From an uncultured virus (IMG/VR IMGVR_UViG_3300020194_001970) (Duplodnaviria > Heunggongvirae > Uroviricota > Caudoviricetes), in the IMG/VR virus record IMGVR_UViG_3300020194_001970: a DNA stretch of 64,000 nucleotides, one strand, 5' to 3'. Shown piece after piece: positions 27,014 through 38,800 of this stretch; within the stretch, counting starts at the first letter, position 1; each line of letters starts with the position of its first letter. Both the position numbers and the translations under genes were made by a program. The notes beneath the pieces were generated by a model. That model saw nothing but the letters and a program-made list of their open reading frames with translations, was not told where the DNA came from and did not search any database.

Positions 27014-29404
27014 CTATTTTGAGCCCCAATACCGCATAAACACTGACTTTAAGGTGTTTCCGTAAGCCATAAAGTGCATGATAAAAGTTTCATTATCGAC
27101 AAGCCTTGGGTCGGTATTAAATTTACTCATTGGGAAAATTTTTCTATTACTTCCATGAGGATCAGATCTTTTCAGAATATCGCAAAAAACCTCCTGATCT
27201 CCTCCGCTAGAATACAGTTCACTTTTATTTCCATGAAAATCTTTCCATCTTTTTATTAGGTTTTTTGTATACTTGTGATTTCTAAAAAATATAACTCCAC
27301 TATTTAACATAGAATTAGCTCCAATATCCTCACAAGCAATTATTTTTTTAATTGGAACACACTCACTTAAAATATTTTCAAACTTTTGATTTGGGTTAAA
27401 AATGATAGTATCAGAATCCATCCATACAATTGTTTCGTGGTCATCTAAATGATTGAGGATAGCGTGTGGTTTAGACCAGTTTGGATGAGATTCTTCATCT
27501 AATTTGTCTCTATAAACGTGAAATGTGTATCCTTGTTTAAAAGCATAATCTCGTATACTGATTTCAGAATCGATTGCGTATTCTGATATTTCTGGAGTAT
27601 ACAATGAAACAATTCCTATCTTTTTTCCAGGATTATAACAAGTATATTTTTCTTTGGGAACTCCTCGCTTTGGTAGGTTTTTAGCTACAAAATCAAGAAA
27701 ATTATAATCTTTAAATTTCATCCATTCATTTTTTAATTTAATGAATTCATTTTGCTTTGTTTTTAAATCTGTATCAGTTTGGATTGGTTTTAAACTAAAC
27801 TTACCCCAGAATTCAGAACCTAAGCAATCACTATTCCAAGGTTTATCTTTTCCAATAAAATGTAATACCCCTTCATTTTGTTCGGTTATATTATCTCTTT
27901 TTAATAAATGGACTCCATCTTCTTGAAATGTAATACAGTTTTGCATTTTAAAACGATTACCAGAAATTTCTTTTAACTGATCCATGGCGAGTATATTTAA
28001 TTCGTCGGGCAGTACATCGAAATTACATTTGCAAAATAGATTGATTACATCTTGATCTCCTCCAGTAGTAGGAATTTTATAATTATTTTGCATCTTTTCT
28101 TTTAAGCAAAAATCTGTAAATTTTTCTTTCCGAAGTCTTTTTAAATCTAAAACAATAACTCCACAATTACCAAGCACTCGGTCTCCAAAACTAAGTGGAT
28201 TTTTATTTTCAGTCACAGTTCCTTTGGACCCATTAAATGTTCTCCAGCCATTTTTAATTTCTGGTCTCAATGCAATTCCAGAAATATCTGTTTTTACATT
28301 ATCAAATTCACTCAAATTGACATAAGGAATTGTGTCTATATCAAAGTATATTACCTTATTAACATCCTTTAGTATCTCTGGCATTTGTAATTTTAAATTT
28401 GACGAGCTTGATATGTGACTTATAGATTTCCATGATTGATCACATTCAATTCTTAATTCTTTTTGCATGTATTTCTTGAAGGTGATATTATTTTTATCCA
28501 ATAAAAATTGCTCTATAAATGTTAAGTCAGATTCTTTTCCAGAATAAATAAAATGAATATTAATGTTATTATTTTTATTTTTTTGGTATAATGCATTAAT
28601 TGGATTTATTGCGTATTCTATTAAATTAGAGTCGCAACAAAAGCACACATCATAAGTAGAATTAGTTGCTTCAGTAAATCTATCTTCATCAAACCTAATA
28701 TCAGAATTTTTATCTAATTCTATGTTATTATTTTCCTCGTGTATTTGTCTAGCCATTAGTGGATTAAGATGAAATAATTTATTCGGCGCAGAGAATAGTT
28801 TATTTTTATTTACAAAATTAATCATAAAGAAATCAAGGGCGCCATCAAATCCTCTTTGTTCGACCCATTGACACATTAAAGAGGCGCATTGTTTGGATAT
28901 AACATAAGAGGAAGCATTCATGTGCCAGTAATGATCATCTTTAGTAAAGAAGTCTTGCTTTTTTACATTATTAAAATAATTATTGTATGGCTGTAATGCT
29001 TTGTGGTATTGCGATTTATTGTATGGCTGGCAGCCTCCAAGATACAGTAGGTGATAATCTCGTGGAATATGGTGAGACCATACGCTATTCCAGAATTTAG
29101 TAAAACCTTTCTCGAATACAACATCATCTTCAAGTATCAAATAATTATCTGCATTTTTATCTTCTACTAACTGTTTCCATAATTTATAATGACTAATCGC
29201 ACATGCTATTTCTGATTTTTTCTTTTTAAGATATAAACCATTGGGAAATAGTTTTTTTATTTCATCCGTCAATTCTAGAGATTTTGAGTCAACAGCTGGA
29301 AATCTCTCTGTAAAAAATGGGGTATTTTTATATATATGATCTAGTCTATCTTTTCGGCGATCAAGATTAATAAAAAAAGATTTTGATATCTTGTTTAATT
29401 TCAC
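27014..29404 (-). CDS. Triple glycosyltransferase fusion (GT25-like + GT8-like + GT34/MNN10-like)
   Basis: FINLDRRKDR...CAISH..LW...LILEDD (GT25); VIYFDID...NCGV.V.DL...DQD.IN...HF.G..KPW (GT8); WSK...VWMDSD...NSGV...DQ...F..HF (GT34). Confidence 0.8.
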   Translation of the reverse strand: MKLNKISKSFFINLDRRKDRLDHIYKNTPFFTERFPAVDSKSLELTDEIKKLFPNGLYLKKKKSEIACAISHYKLWKQLVEDKNADNYLILEDDVVFEKGFTKFWNSVWSHHIPRDYHLLYLGGCQPYNKSQYHKALQPYNNYFNNVKKQDFFTKDDHYWHMNASSYVISKQCASLMCQWVEQRGFDGALDFFMINFVNKNKLFSAPNKLFHLNPLMARQIHEENNNIELDKNSDIRFDEDRFTEATNSTYDVCFCCDSNLIEYAINPINALYQKNKNNNINIHFIYSGKESDLTFIEQFLLDKNNITFKKYMQKELRIECDQSWKSISHISSSSNLKLQMPEILKDVNKVIYFDIDTIPYVNLSEFDNVKTDISGIALRPEIKNGWRTFNGSKGTVTENKNPLSFGDRVLGNCGVIVLDLKRLRKEKFTDFCLKEKMQNNYKIPTTGGDQDVINLFCKCNFDVLPDELNILAMDQLKEISGNRFKMQNCITFQEDGVHLLKRDNITEQNEGVLHFIGKDKPWNSDCLGSEFWGKFSLKPIQTDTDLKTKQNEFIKLKNEWMKFKDYNFLDFVAKNLPKRGVPKEKYTCYNPGKKIGIVSLYTPEISEYAIDSEISIRDYAFKQGYTFHVYRDKLDEESHPNWSKPHAILNHLDDHETIVWMDSDTIIFNPNQKFENILSECVPIKKIIACEDIGANSMLNSGVIFFRNHKYTKNLIKRWKDFHGNKSELYSSGGDQEVFCDILKRSDPHGSNRKIFPMSKFNTDPRLVDNETFIMHFMAYGNTLKSVFMRYWGSK

Positions 29405-30504
29405 TTATTCTCAAGCAGTAATTGATATTGATTTAATATAGAAGTTTGATAGGGGCTATATTTAGCTACAAACTCTCTGCCTCTTTGCATGTATTCATCG
29501 TGAACATCTTTATGGTTAAGTATAGCATTATATAATTGTTTGGCACCGATGTCTACATTAAAGTCAGGATAATAATAACCTTCATCCATTAAAGTTTTAG
29601 AGTTATGCACTAGTGGTAGTCCCATGTAAAGAGCTTCAAAATGAGAATAATTTAAATCATTATCATATTGATGAGAAACAATTACTCCTCCAAATTTAGA
29701 TAAAGCATCAAGGGTACACCACCGGTTATTGAAGAAAGTTAAACCTTGTTTTTTAACGATGTCAAATTTTGACATATGAACTGTAAAAAAAGTATTATCC
29801 CTAAATCTTTGGGTAGAATATATATTTACTTTAGATAATTTATTAGGGAATAAAGTTTCAAATTTTTGAGCAATACAGAAAGGAATTAAGAAATGTTTGT
29901 TAATTAATTGGTTTGATTCAAATATTTGAACAGAATTAACTGTTTCAGGTTTAAAAAATGGGTTGAACCCTTTTTTCTTTAATTCATGAATTTTATTTTC
30001 AATGAAGTGCGAGTCCCAAACATAAGGAGCCACCTTTACATTTTTATTATTATACTCAACCTTGATATATTCTGCACCAAATTCATGATGAGGAGAAATC
30101 CAAATAGAATCTAATAACTTACCAAATTCACTTGTCTTAGTTGATACTTCATCACCCTCTGGCGGATGAAGTAGATCCCTTAAGTCGAACATAATTTTAT
30201 TTCCTAACTGCAATAAAAATACTTTGCAATTTTTTTTTCTTTGTTTTATCTTATAAATAATTTTATGATGAATTTCAAATCCAGCTAAAATAAAAACATC
30301 AAAACTTTCAGATTCATCATTAATTACATCAGAGAAAAACATATATTTGTGATTAAAACTTAGGTTATTATTAGGTTTTTCTTTAGTGACGTAATAAACC
30401 TCATGACCTAGCCTACGAAAAACATCGTAAATGAATTTTACGTTTTGATTTAGACCGTTCGCCCAAAAATTTTGGGACAAGTTAATGGTAATTCCAATTT
30501 TCAT
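29401..30504 (-). CDS. GT-B-type glycosyltransferase, DUF2827-like
   Basis: WANGLNQN...WISPH...PYVW...VSHQ..N.LNY..FEALY.G.PLVHNS...GYYYP pattern. Confidence 0.65.
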   Translation of the reverse strand: MKIGITINLSQNFWANGLNQNVKFIYDVFRRLGHEVYYVTKEKPNNNLSFNHKYMFFSDVINDESESFDVFILAGFEIHHKIIYKIKQRKKNCKVFLLQLGNKIMFDLRDLLHPPEGDEVSTKTSEFGKLLDSIWISPHHEFGAEYIKVEYNNKNVKVAPYVWDSHFIENKIHELKKKGFNPFFKPETVNSVQIFESNQLINKHFLIPFCIAQKFETLFPNKLSKVNIYSTQRFRDNTFFTVHMSKFDIVKKQGLTFFNNRWCTLDALSKFGGVIVSHQYDNDLNYSHFEALYMGLPLVHNSKTLMDEGYYYPDFNVDIGAKQLYNAILNHKDVHDEYMQRGREFVAKYSPYQTSILNQYQLLLENK

Positions 30505-31538
30505 GAAAGCAACTTTCTATATTGCTCTCGAACACGGTCATTGTTAGGAGAAAATTTATGCAATACGTTTTTAGCTGCCGACCTATATGTATCTATATTG
30601 TCGTCGTGAAATTTTAAGGCTCTAATTAACTGTTGAGCTCCAGTATTGATATCATAACCAGGGTAAAAATAACCAACCTCTTTAATATCGAAAGAATTAT
30701 GTATAATAGGTATATCTAGATATAAAGCTTCAAGGTATACATAATTTAAAGAATTAAGTAGTTGATGGGAAACAATAACATTCGATGTATTAAATATATC
30801 TTTCATTGAAATCCTATCACCAAAAAATGATTTATTATGTTTAACTATATCTAGTTTTGACATTAAACTTCTAAAGTATAATTTTTCCCTGAATTTAGAA
30901 ACACAATGAACTTCTAACCTGTTTATTAAGTGGGGCTCCTGTTTGTAGGCTGCTTCTGTTAAGTAGATAGGTATCAAGCAATTCTTAGTCATATTGAGGT
31001 TGGGCTCCATGACACCAATGTTTTTGTCTTGACCAGGTTTATATCTTTGTGATAAATCCATATACTTAGGGCTCCATATATAAGGAATAGTGAAGACTTT
31101 CTGTATATTGTAAAAAGTTTGTAAATAAGGAATAGAAAAAGAATAATGAGGAGACACCCAGACTTCATCTACCTTGTGAGTATTAAGTGCCATTTTATCT
31201 GTTGAATCACACAACTCGACATCAGTCATTAATCTATTACCGTAATGCACGTGAACATGCTTACATCTTGGATTTTTACTTTTTGCGATATCAATCGTTT
31301 CTTTTTTTAATAACGATCCGGTTTGCAAAATATAATCAAATTCATAATCACCAATTTCATGTTCTTCCATGATTAAAATATCCAAGGGAGGATCTTGGCA
31401 TTCTTCTACATCATGGTTTACGCAAATGGAAACATTATACCCCATATCCTTAAGCATCTCCGCTAAGAATACGATATTTTGATTCAATCCATTTACAAAT
31501 AAACTTCTATTAAAAGTCGCAGTTAATAATATATTCAT
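30501..31538 (-). CDS. GT-B-type glycosyltransferase, DUF2827-like (paralog)
   Basis: NGLNQN...WVSPH...PYIWSP...EPN.N..K...VSHQ..N.LNY.YLEALY...PIIHNS. Start placed at the second ATG (MNILL), 10 nt after GTGTA. Confidence 0.65.
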   Translation of the reverse strand: MNILLTATFNRSLFVNGLNQNIVFLAEMLKDMGYNVSICVNHDVEECQDPPLDILIMEEHEIGDYEFDYILQTGSLLKKETIDIAKSKNPRCKHVHVHYGNRLMTDVELCDSTDKMALNTHKVDEVWVSPHYSFSIPYLQTFYNIQKVFTIPYIWSPKYMDLSQRYKPGQDKNIGVMEPNLNMTKNCLIPIYLTEAAYKQEPHLINRLEVHCVSKFREKLYFRSLMSKLDIVKHNKSFFGDRISMKDIFNTSNVIVSHQLLNSLNYVYLEALYLDIPIIHNSFDIKEVGYFYPGYDINTGAQQLIRALKFHDDNIDTYRSAAKNVLHKFSPNNDRVREQYRKLLS

Positions 31539-31548
31539 TAGCATATAT

Positions 31549-31553
31549 TACAC
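31549..31553 (-). promoter_or_regulatory. GTGTA motif heading the glycosyltransferase operon
   Basis: Minus strand attaGTGTAatatatgctaATG. Confidence 0.55.
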
Positions 31554-31580
31554 TAATGATTGATAGGTTATTGAATATTT

Positions 31581-31964
31581 TCAGAAGTTATTTATGTCTT
31601 CTGATTCTTCGTATTTTTTATGTTTAGCTTTAAGCTGATGGTATTTATTGAATAGATCAGCAGGGTCAATAGATACATCATTATGAGTGAAAACACCTTC
31701 TTCGGAAAACTTATCTATGATAGCATCAGTCATTCCAATTAAATCTACATCTTTGTTTTCACCTAAACCCTCAATGATTTTTGAAAGATTTTTTTCTTTC
31801 CACAATTCTTTCATGACTTCTTGCTCTTCAGGTTTAAATTTAGACAAGAAGCCTTCCTTTAAACCTTTTTGGAAGTCTTCCATTTTTTTTCTATCTTTAC
31901 TAGACATAGCAAAATTATCTTGGTTTATTTTTAACAGGTCTTTCAGGAAATTTAAATCACTCAT
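31581..31964 (-). CDS. Hypothetical protein
   Basis: 127-aa ORF filling the gap in the minus-strand gene run. Confidence 0.6.
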   Translation of the reverse strand: MSDLNFLKDLLKINQDNFAMSSKDRKKMEDFQKGLKEGFLSKFKPEEQEVMKELWKEKNLSKIIEGLGENKDVDLIGMTDAIIDKFSEEGVFTHNDVSIDPADLFNKYHQLKAKHKKYEESEDINNF

Positions 31965-31994
31965 AATATATATTAATATAAAAAGTTATGTTTT

Positions 31995-32879
31995 CTACTT
32001 TGAAAAGTAAAAATCTTTATAATATTCATGACGAGAAGATAAACCTAAAGAGTCATATATAGAAAATTCAAAAAACCTATGAGTATTATAGGGAATTGAT
32101 TCATGAATTAAATTAGTTGAATTGTATGTATTTTCAGACACAATTTTTGTTCTTTCTTTATCTGAGAAAGCAGTGCATTTCACTTCCTTTGGGTTAAAGC
32201 TATAAAATAAATTAAAAAATATATCTATAGAATCTTCTCGATTGGAAAAATCTAACCTATGGCTAATTCTGCGCACCTCTGGGATCGGTGTTGATAGAAA
32301 GATAGAACACTTAGAGTTACCAGAGTAAACTGAGGATATTTCGCAATCAATTCTATAGTCCCTGATGCCCGCATTTTTTTTGAAGATTAAATTATGAGAG
32401 TCAATTAAGTCAAATGTTTGAATTAGCTCACCATTTAATTCAAAAACTTCTGCTGTAAATTTAGTTAAAATGGAAGATGATGGATCAATGAAGTTTTCTT
32501 CGTAGAGAATTTTAAAATCTATTGCATTTAATTCACTTAAGCTTTTAGTTTTACATACATAACTATTTGAATCTTGATCGAAAAAGATCTGATTTTTATT
32601 ACCATTTAAAGAAATAGAATCAAATTTAAGATTATTTATTAATGGATTTATTATAAATTTTTCTTCTGAAATTAAAATACAATCATAAACAGAACCGTAA
32701 TTTGAGGGTGTTACATGTATTCTATATCTATCAACTTCTTCGCAATCATTTAATGTAAAAAATGGGGAGTTTGGAGCTATAGAAAAACGCTCTTCAAAGG
32801 TGTCATTTTTATAAACATCAACCAATAATTCATTGTGTTGTTTATTGAAAGTTGGTAATTTAAATTTTAAATAATTCAT
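31995..32879 (-). CDS. Hypothetical beta-rich protein coupled to the tail-tip gene
   Basis: 294 aa; start overlaps the stop of 32876-44209. Confidence 0.55.
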   Translation of the reverse strand: MNYLKFKLPTFNKQHNELLVDVYKNDTFEERFSIAPNSPFFTLNDCEEVDRYRIHVTPSNYGSVYDCILISEEKFIINPLINNLKFDSISLNGNKNQIFFDQDSNSYVCKTKSLSELNAIDFKILYEENFIDPSSSILTKFTAEVFELNGELIQTFDLIDSHNLIFKKNAGIRDYRIDCEISSVYSGNSKCSIFLSTPIPEVRRISHRLDFSNREDSIDIFFNLFYSFNPKEVKCTAFSDKERTKIVSENTYNSTNLIHESIPYNTHRFFEFSIYDSLGLSSRHEYYKDFYFSK

Positions 32880-35800
32880 TCAATTTTAAGGGTAATGCGA
32901 TGGATGCCAGGTCTAGTTATGAGTCCAATGATTTGGTGGAAAAATGTATCCGTTTCTAATAAGCGTATAATAGTGTGGTCGTCTTCAGAAGTTATCCAAG
33001 TGCTGATGTTAATTTCTTGATCATCATATATAAGAGTGTCAAAATTAAGGCCTCCAGCATCAATTATTAAGTTTGATTCCCTAAAGCGCCCAAGATCTCC
33101 TTCTGTTTCAGCGATACGATAACCCATCGAACCGTCATCATCAATAGGTTCTAATTCTAAAGTTTCAATAGGTAATGACGGAAAGGTATTATCGCCAAGA
33201 AAATCTTCCCTTGTTATAGAAATATTAGTTGTAATATTATCGCCATTTTCATCTAGAAAAGTTAAAATCCAAACTATGTCATTATCAGTTATGTATACTT
33301 TGACAGTTTTATCCACCCACATATCTAAATCTTCATTAAAATCTTCGAAAGTTACATTTTGCGGGCTTGAACTTAATCTTTCATCAGTACCAGGAAATTT
33401 ATAATCACCAATAACTAAAGTTAAGCTCTCTAGACCTTCAGGAGTAAGATCATCTTCAGTGAATCTCATATTAGAAAATTCATCTCTGGTTGAGATGTTT
33501 ATTAATTTTTCTGATTCTTCAGCATCAAAACTGTATCTATTTTCGTAAACTATATTATCAGACAATACCCAAGTATTGGCATCGTCGTCAAATTCTTCAG
33601 CATTTCTAATTTCTTGATTAAGGTCATCTAGGGTTGCGTTATCAGACACATCCTTAAAAATCTTAATTGTAAAATCAAAAGGTATAGACAAATCTGTAGC
33701 TGCACCGGTTGATCGATAAACATTTATTTTTAAAGTCTGGCGCGTTCCATCTGAAGTACCATCGCGATCAAAATCAATCGTTGTATTATCTTCTGAAACT
33801 ATAGCATAAGCGTTCAAGTTAACATTCAAATCTTGAATTATTCTAGGAGTAACTGATATGGTTGGGGTAACTGTAGGTGTGGGAGTTCTAGTTTCTTCTA
33901 TTGTTGGCGTAATAGTAACGGTTGGAGTAAAACTAGGTTCTGGCGTTGTGCTTGGGGTGATTACAGGAGTTACTGAAATTGTTGTACTAATTGAAGGAGT
34001 AATGGATGGAGTGATCGAAATTGTTGGAGTAGGGGTCAGAGTTGGGGTGTTACTTAGACTAAAAGGTGGTGTGGGTGGATATATAGAAATTAATGTACTC
34101 CAACCTTTTGACGTGTAAACGTCTTGGGGATAAAGGTTTACTGTAGTTATATTTGTTCTTGAATCAAGATCTAAAGGCTCAATAGTTAAAGCAAATACCT
34201 CATAATCATCATCTACATTGTCAGCTTTGGCTCTTATTGGAATAAAAAATTCTGATTGATTGCCTTTCAATGTAATAATTCGACTTCTTTCTACGAAGTC
34301 TGATGTATCTGCAGATAAAGAAGAGTTATCGTAAACACTTAAACTATAACGAATTCTAACTTCCCCCCTCCAGGATACATCATCAACAGTGCGAACAACC
34401 CGAACTTGGGAACTTTGACCCTCAACAACGTAAAGTGTAGTTTGATCTACTGTAAGATTTAATGCTCCAGCAGGGAAACTGACTGTTGGCGTTATGCTTG
34501 GAGTAGGGGTCAGAGTTGGGGTGTTACTTGGAGTTATCGAAATAGTTGGGCTTACTGATATAGTTGGCGTTATGCTTGGAGTAATCGATATGGTTAGTGT
34601 TATTGTAGGAGTAATCGATATGGTTGGTGTTGTTGTAGGAGTAATCGATATGGTTGGTGTTGTTGTAGGAGTAATTGATATGGTTGGTGTTGTTGTAGGA
34701 GTAATCGATATGGTTGGTGTTGTTGTAGGAGTAATCGATATAGTTGGACTAACTGTACTTGTAGGAGTAAATGTATTTGTTGGAGTAACCGATATAGTTG
34801 GAGTAACTGATATAGTTGGAGTAATCGTACTTGTTGGGGTAACTGTGTTTGTTGGAGTAACTGATATTGTTGGAGTAACTGATATTGTTGGAGTAATTGT
34901 GCTTGTTTGTGTTATTGTAACTGATGGAGTAACTGATATTGTTGGAGTGATTGAGATTGTTGGAGTAATTGTGCTTGTTGGAGTAATTGTGCTTGTTGGA
35001 GTTATTGTAACTGATGGAGTAACTGATATTGTTGGAGTGATTGAGATTGTTGGAGTAATTGTGCTTGTTGGAGTAATCGTACTTGTTGGAGTAATTGTGC
35101 TTGTTTGTGTTATTGTAACTGATGGAGTAACTGATATTGTTGGAGTGATTGAGATTGTTGGAGTGATAGAAGGAGTTGGAGTTTGAGTGGCTGGAGCACT
35201 TATTTTTACGAAATGATCGTCATAATCATCATCAAGAATATCAAAGTCACCTAGGGACATATTGCTGCTAGACAATTGATCAATAGCTATATATTTATCT
35301 TTGTTATATTCAGATGCAAATATTTCATACTCAATATCGTTTTTTTCTGATATTTTTTCTATTCTATATTGCTTTGGTTCTATTAAATCTTCAGGGTTTG
35401 AGTTTTCTTTGATAACCCAGGAGTAACCTGCTGATGTGTTATTTATGGAATTTACAAACGAAACTTGAAACCCATTAACAGAATTAATTTTGAAAGATTC
35501 AACCCTGGTCTTTCGTAAATTTTCATTTGAAATTAAAGACCAGTGATCTGGATCAAAATTTGGAGATATTTTAAATTCTGGATTTTTAATTAAAATATAA
35601 TGAGAACCCTTGTGAACAACCGTGGAAGGTATAGTATAGTTGGTACTAGAATCCCAAGAAGGGTATACAAAGTCATCAACTTCCAAAAGTAAAGAATCAA
35701 CTTCTCCAGAAAATGCTTCTGTTGGTATATCTAATTCAATAGTATGGCTATCTATTATTTTCATAATCCTGCCCCCGGAATGCTTAGAAACTTTATTATT

Positions 35801-38800
35801 GTCAAGAACTTCAATAATATCACCAATGCTTAAATAGGCAACTTTTAATCCAGAAGTAAAAGAGATTAATTCTTTTGCATATTTTTGAGAAAGTAATTTA
35901 CTCCATCCCAACCTAAAAGCTTCACCTTTTCTAGTAATTCCATTAGCAGCAACCCTGGTGTGAGAGTAGCCAAAAAGTTTTATTAATTCTGAATCCTCAA
36001 CATATTCACTCTTAGGCATATAATTATCCCTTTCATCTAAATAATCAATAGTGATTGCACTGATTTTTTTTGTTCGAGGAGAAGTTGAGTAAGTGAAACC
36101 CGACTCTGAGATATTTGAATTATTAAAGAACATTATTGGCCCGGAAAAAGAAAGTGCATCTTGAACAAGAGCTATTTTACCTTGAGCAAAATTAATAGAT
36201 GCATTGTATATGTTAAGTAAATTTTTAATATACTCAAAAGATTCAGATTCTGAATCCATGTATAAATTACACATATGCCTTCTTTCTTTAGTGAGTAAGC
36301 CATCAACAAAAACATCAACGAGTTCATCGCATTTTTGAGAAAACAAATAAAAAGACCATTTGTCAATGTCACTTTCAGTGATTCCATATTTGCCCATTCC
36401 ATATTTTTGATTAACAAGCAAATCGTAAATAACCCAAGCTGGATTACTGGTCCATTTTAACTTGCTAGAAAAAGATCCATTCCAGGCACCAGAGTAAGAG
36501 CGGGCGGTTGGATTATAATTTGAAGGAACCTTGACTAGCTTTCCTTTAACTATATACTCTCTTTTGGGGATGGATGGAAAATCTTTTGAATTGAATCTAG
36601 TAGCCATAATTGCGGTACTAGGATACGCAAAAAATCCGCCAACATATTCAGTGGCAGAAAGCAATTCACAATCAATTTTAAATCTAGCTTCAGCAAGCCC
36701 TCCCTCAACCGGATCAAGCTCCCTGGTAATTCTATATATTCTAAAAATTCTATTTTTAAATATTCTAGAAGAAGAATTTAACGGTTTAGCCTTTGGTAAA
36801 TTTTTAATATAAATATCTTTAACATATGGAGATGTAACACATCCAGAAAATATCACCGAATCAGTTAGTAATGTTTCTCCCTCTAAACCGTGCTCTATTG
36901 CAATTCTCATTTTTGCTGGCCAAATTTCTCCACTATTTTTAATAAGCTCTCCAATTTTTATGCAAAGCCAAGGTAATTGAGAGCATTTAAATGCACTTCT
37001 AGCTAGTTCTATTCCAGCTAACGCACCAAGAACTCCTCCCGCGATAACGAATGCATAAGTTAGTGCATTTAAAGCCGATTCAATAATTCCACGGATTCCA
37101 GGTATAGTCCAACCGCTTACAGCGCCAAAACCAAAACCGAAGGTTATATCTGGAATTAAATCTAACAACTTCTCAGCCATCCATGTTCCAATCATCCAGC
37201 CAAGAACCATACCAATTATAGGAATTAAATTCATATATTGAACAGATTCGTCTCCTTCATATATATAATGTAGTTCTTTTATCTTTATGGAAAAACTTAC
37301 ATCTGTTATGTCTGGATTTTTAATTGTGTATGAATAAAAATAATCTTTTTCGCCCTCATTTCTTGGGGCATATAATGGGTAATTTATAAAAGAAGTGTAA
37401 TTAGGTATCCTAAATTCATCAGAAATTAGTGAACTTCTAGCTTCTGTAGCAAGAGTGCCTTCAATTGGAAAAGTGGAAGTGGCATTTTTGAAATGACCTA
37501 TGCGCATATCAAAGTGAAACTTTGAATAGTTAAATCTTTGTGTGTGGTCACGAATTGGGACATCGTTTAAATAAATTGACCTAAATTTTTTATATGGATC
37601 TGTAGAAGGTTCATTTTCTGGCATATCTGAACCAAGTAGAATTGGAGGAGCAAATACTAACTTTACATTATCATCTTTGTTTGAGTAATTAACAACTTCT
37701 TGATTGAGATCTAACTTCAAGGATTCTAGTGATCCATCTTTAAAGTCAGCTATAAATTTAACTAAATTTTTAATAGGTGGTTCGAATAAGTTTGGTAAAG
37801 GTTCGTAAATATTAAAACCTTCACCTTTTTGAATTTGCTTGAACTTAAAAACACTTCCATTTTGTTTTTCCGCTAGAGCAATGAAAGGCGACTTAGGTAA
37901 AGCATGATCGGGCAATAAGTTTTCAGCTTCATTTAAAATACTTAAATCTGAATCTAATGCATCTTTGATTTGATTTATTCTATTTTTTTGTTCATTAGAA
38001 AAATCAGGATAATAATCAGGGTTTAAGAATATAACAGTGTCATTTGGTCCAGAAAAACCTGTGCCTGGCCTGTATATAGCTAAACCTTTTTGAGATAAAG
38101 CTATATTGTCGGCAGCATTTCCAGTTCTATTTTGATCCCCTTCTATTCTGCCTCTATAAGAAGCTTTTAATATCAAACTTACAGTTACATACTCTTTGAG
38201 TTGTGCGATTGATAGATTAGTGTTATCAAATTTACTTTTAGGTAGGCCTAGTATACTGAAGGTTAATTGAGGAAGATAACCCCGCTCATTCCCGCTTACA
38301 TTTACTGCTCTAATAATGTAACTATTGTCATAAACACTAACGGAAGACCTTTGTGAGTAGCCAGAACCCTTATTTGTAACACTAAAATCTACAATTCTAC
38401 CAGTATTGATGGTGTTTGGAATAGCTGAAGAATAAAATCTTTTATCTAATCCGCTAGATACATTTATAGACTCTGTGGTAATTCTAATTTTAGCTGAATC
38501 AGAATAAGGTGCATAACTAACTAAATCCAATACTGCATTGTTTTTATACATACCTAAATCTTGGTTTGGGTTTACATTATCATGTTCTACATGGCTGGCC
38601 CATCCATTTTTTAGACCGAAAGTGTTATTGCTTGGTACATTTGATGAATTAGAAATACTATATAGGTTATTTCCAGTAGATTCTGTATTATTGAAAGAAA
38701 TAGAGTAATAACCATGACTACCATCAATCTTCAAATAAACACCTACGTCTTGAAAAGGTTCTTCACCGAATACCACACTTGGTTTTGAGTTTTTGTATGA

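Noticed and set aside
33858..35186. Val/Gly-rich plus-strand ORFs (also 62670-63101 on minus)
   Set aside because: Reverse-complement read-outs of the Thr/Pro tracts.
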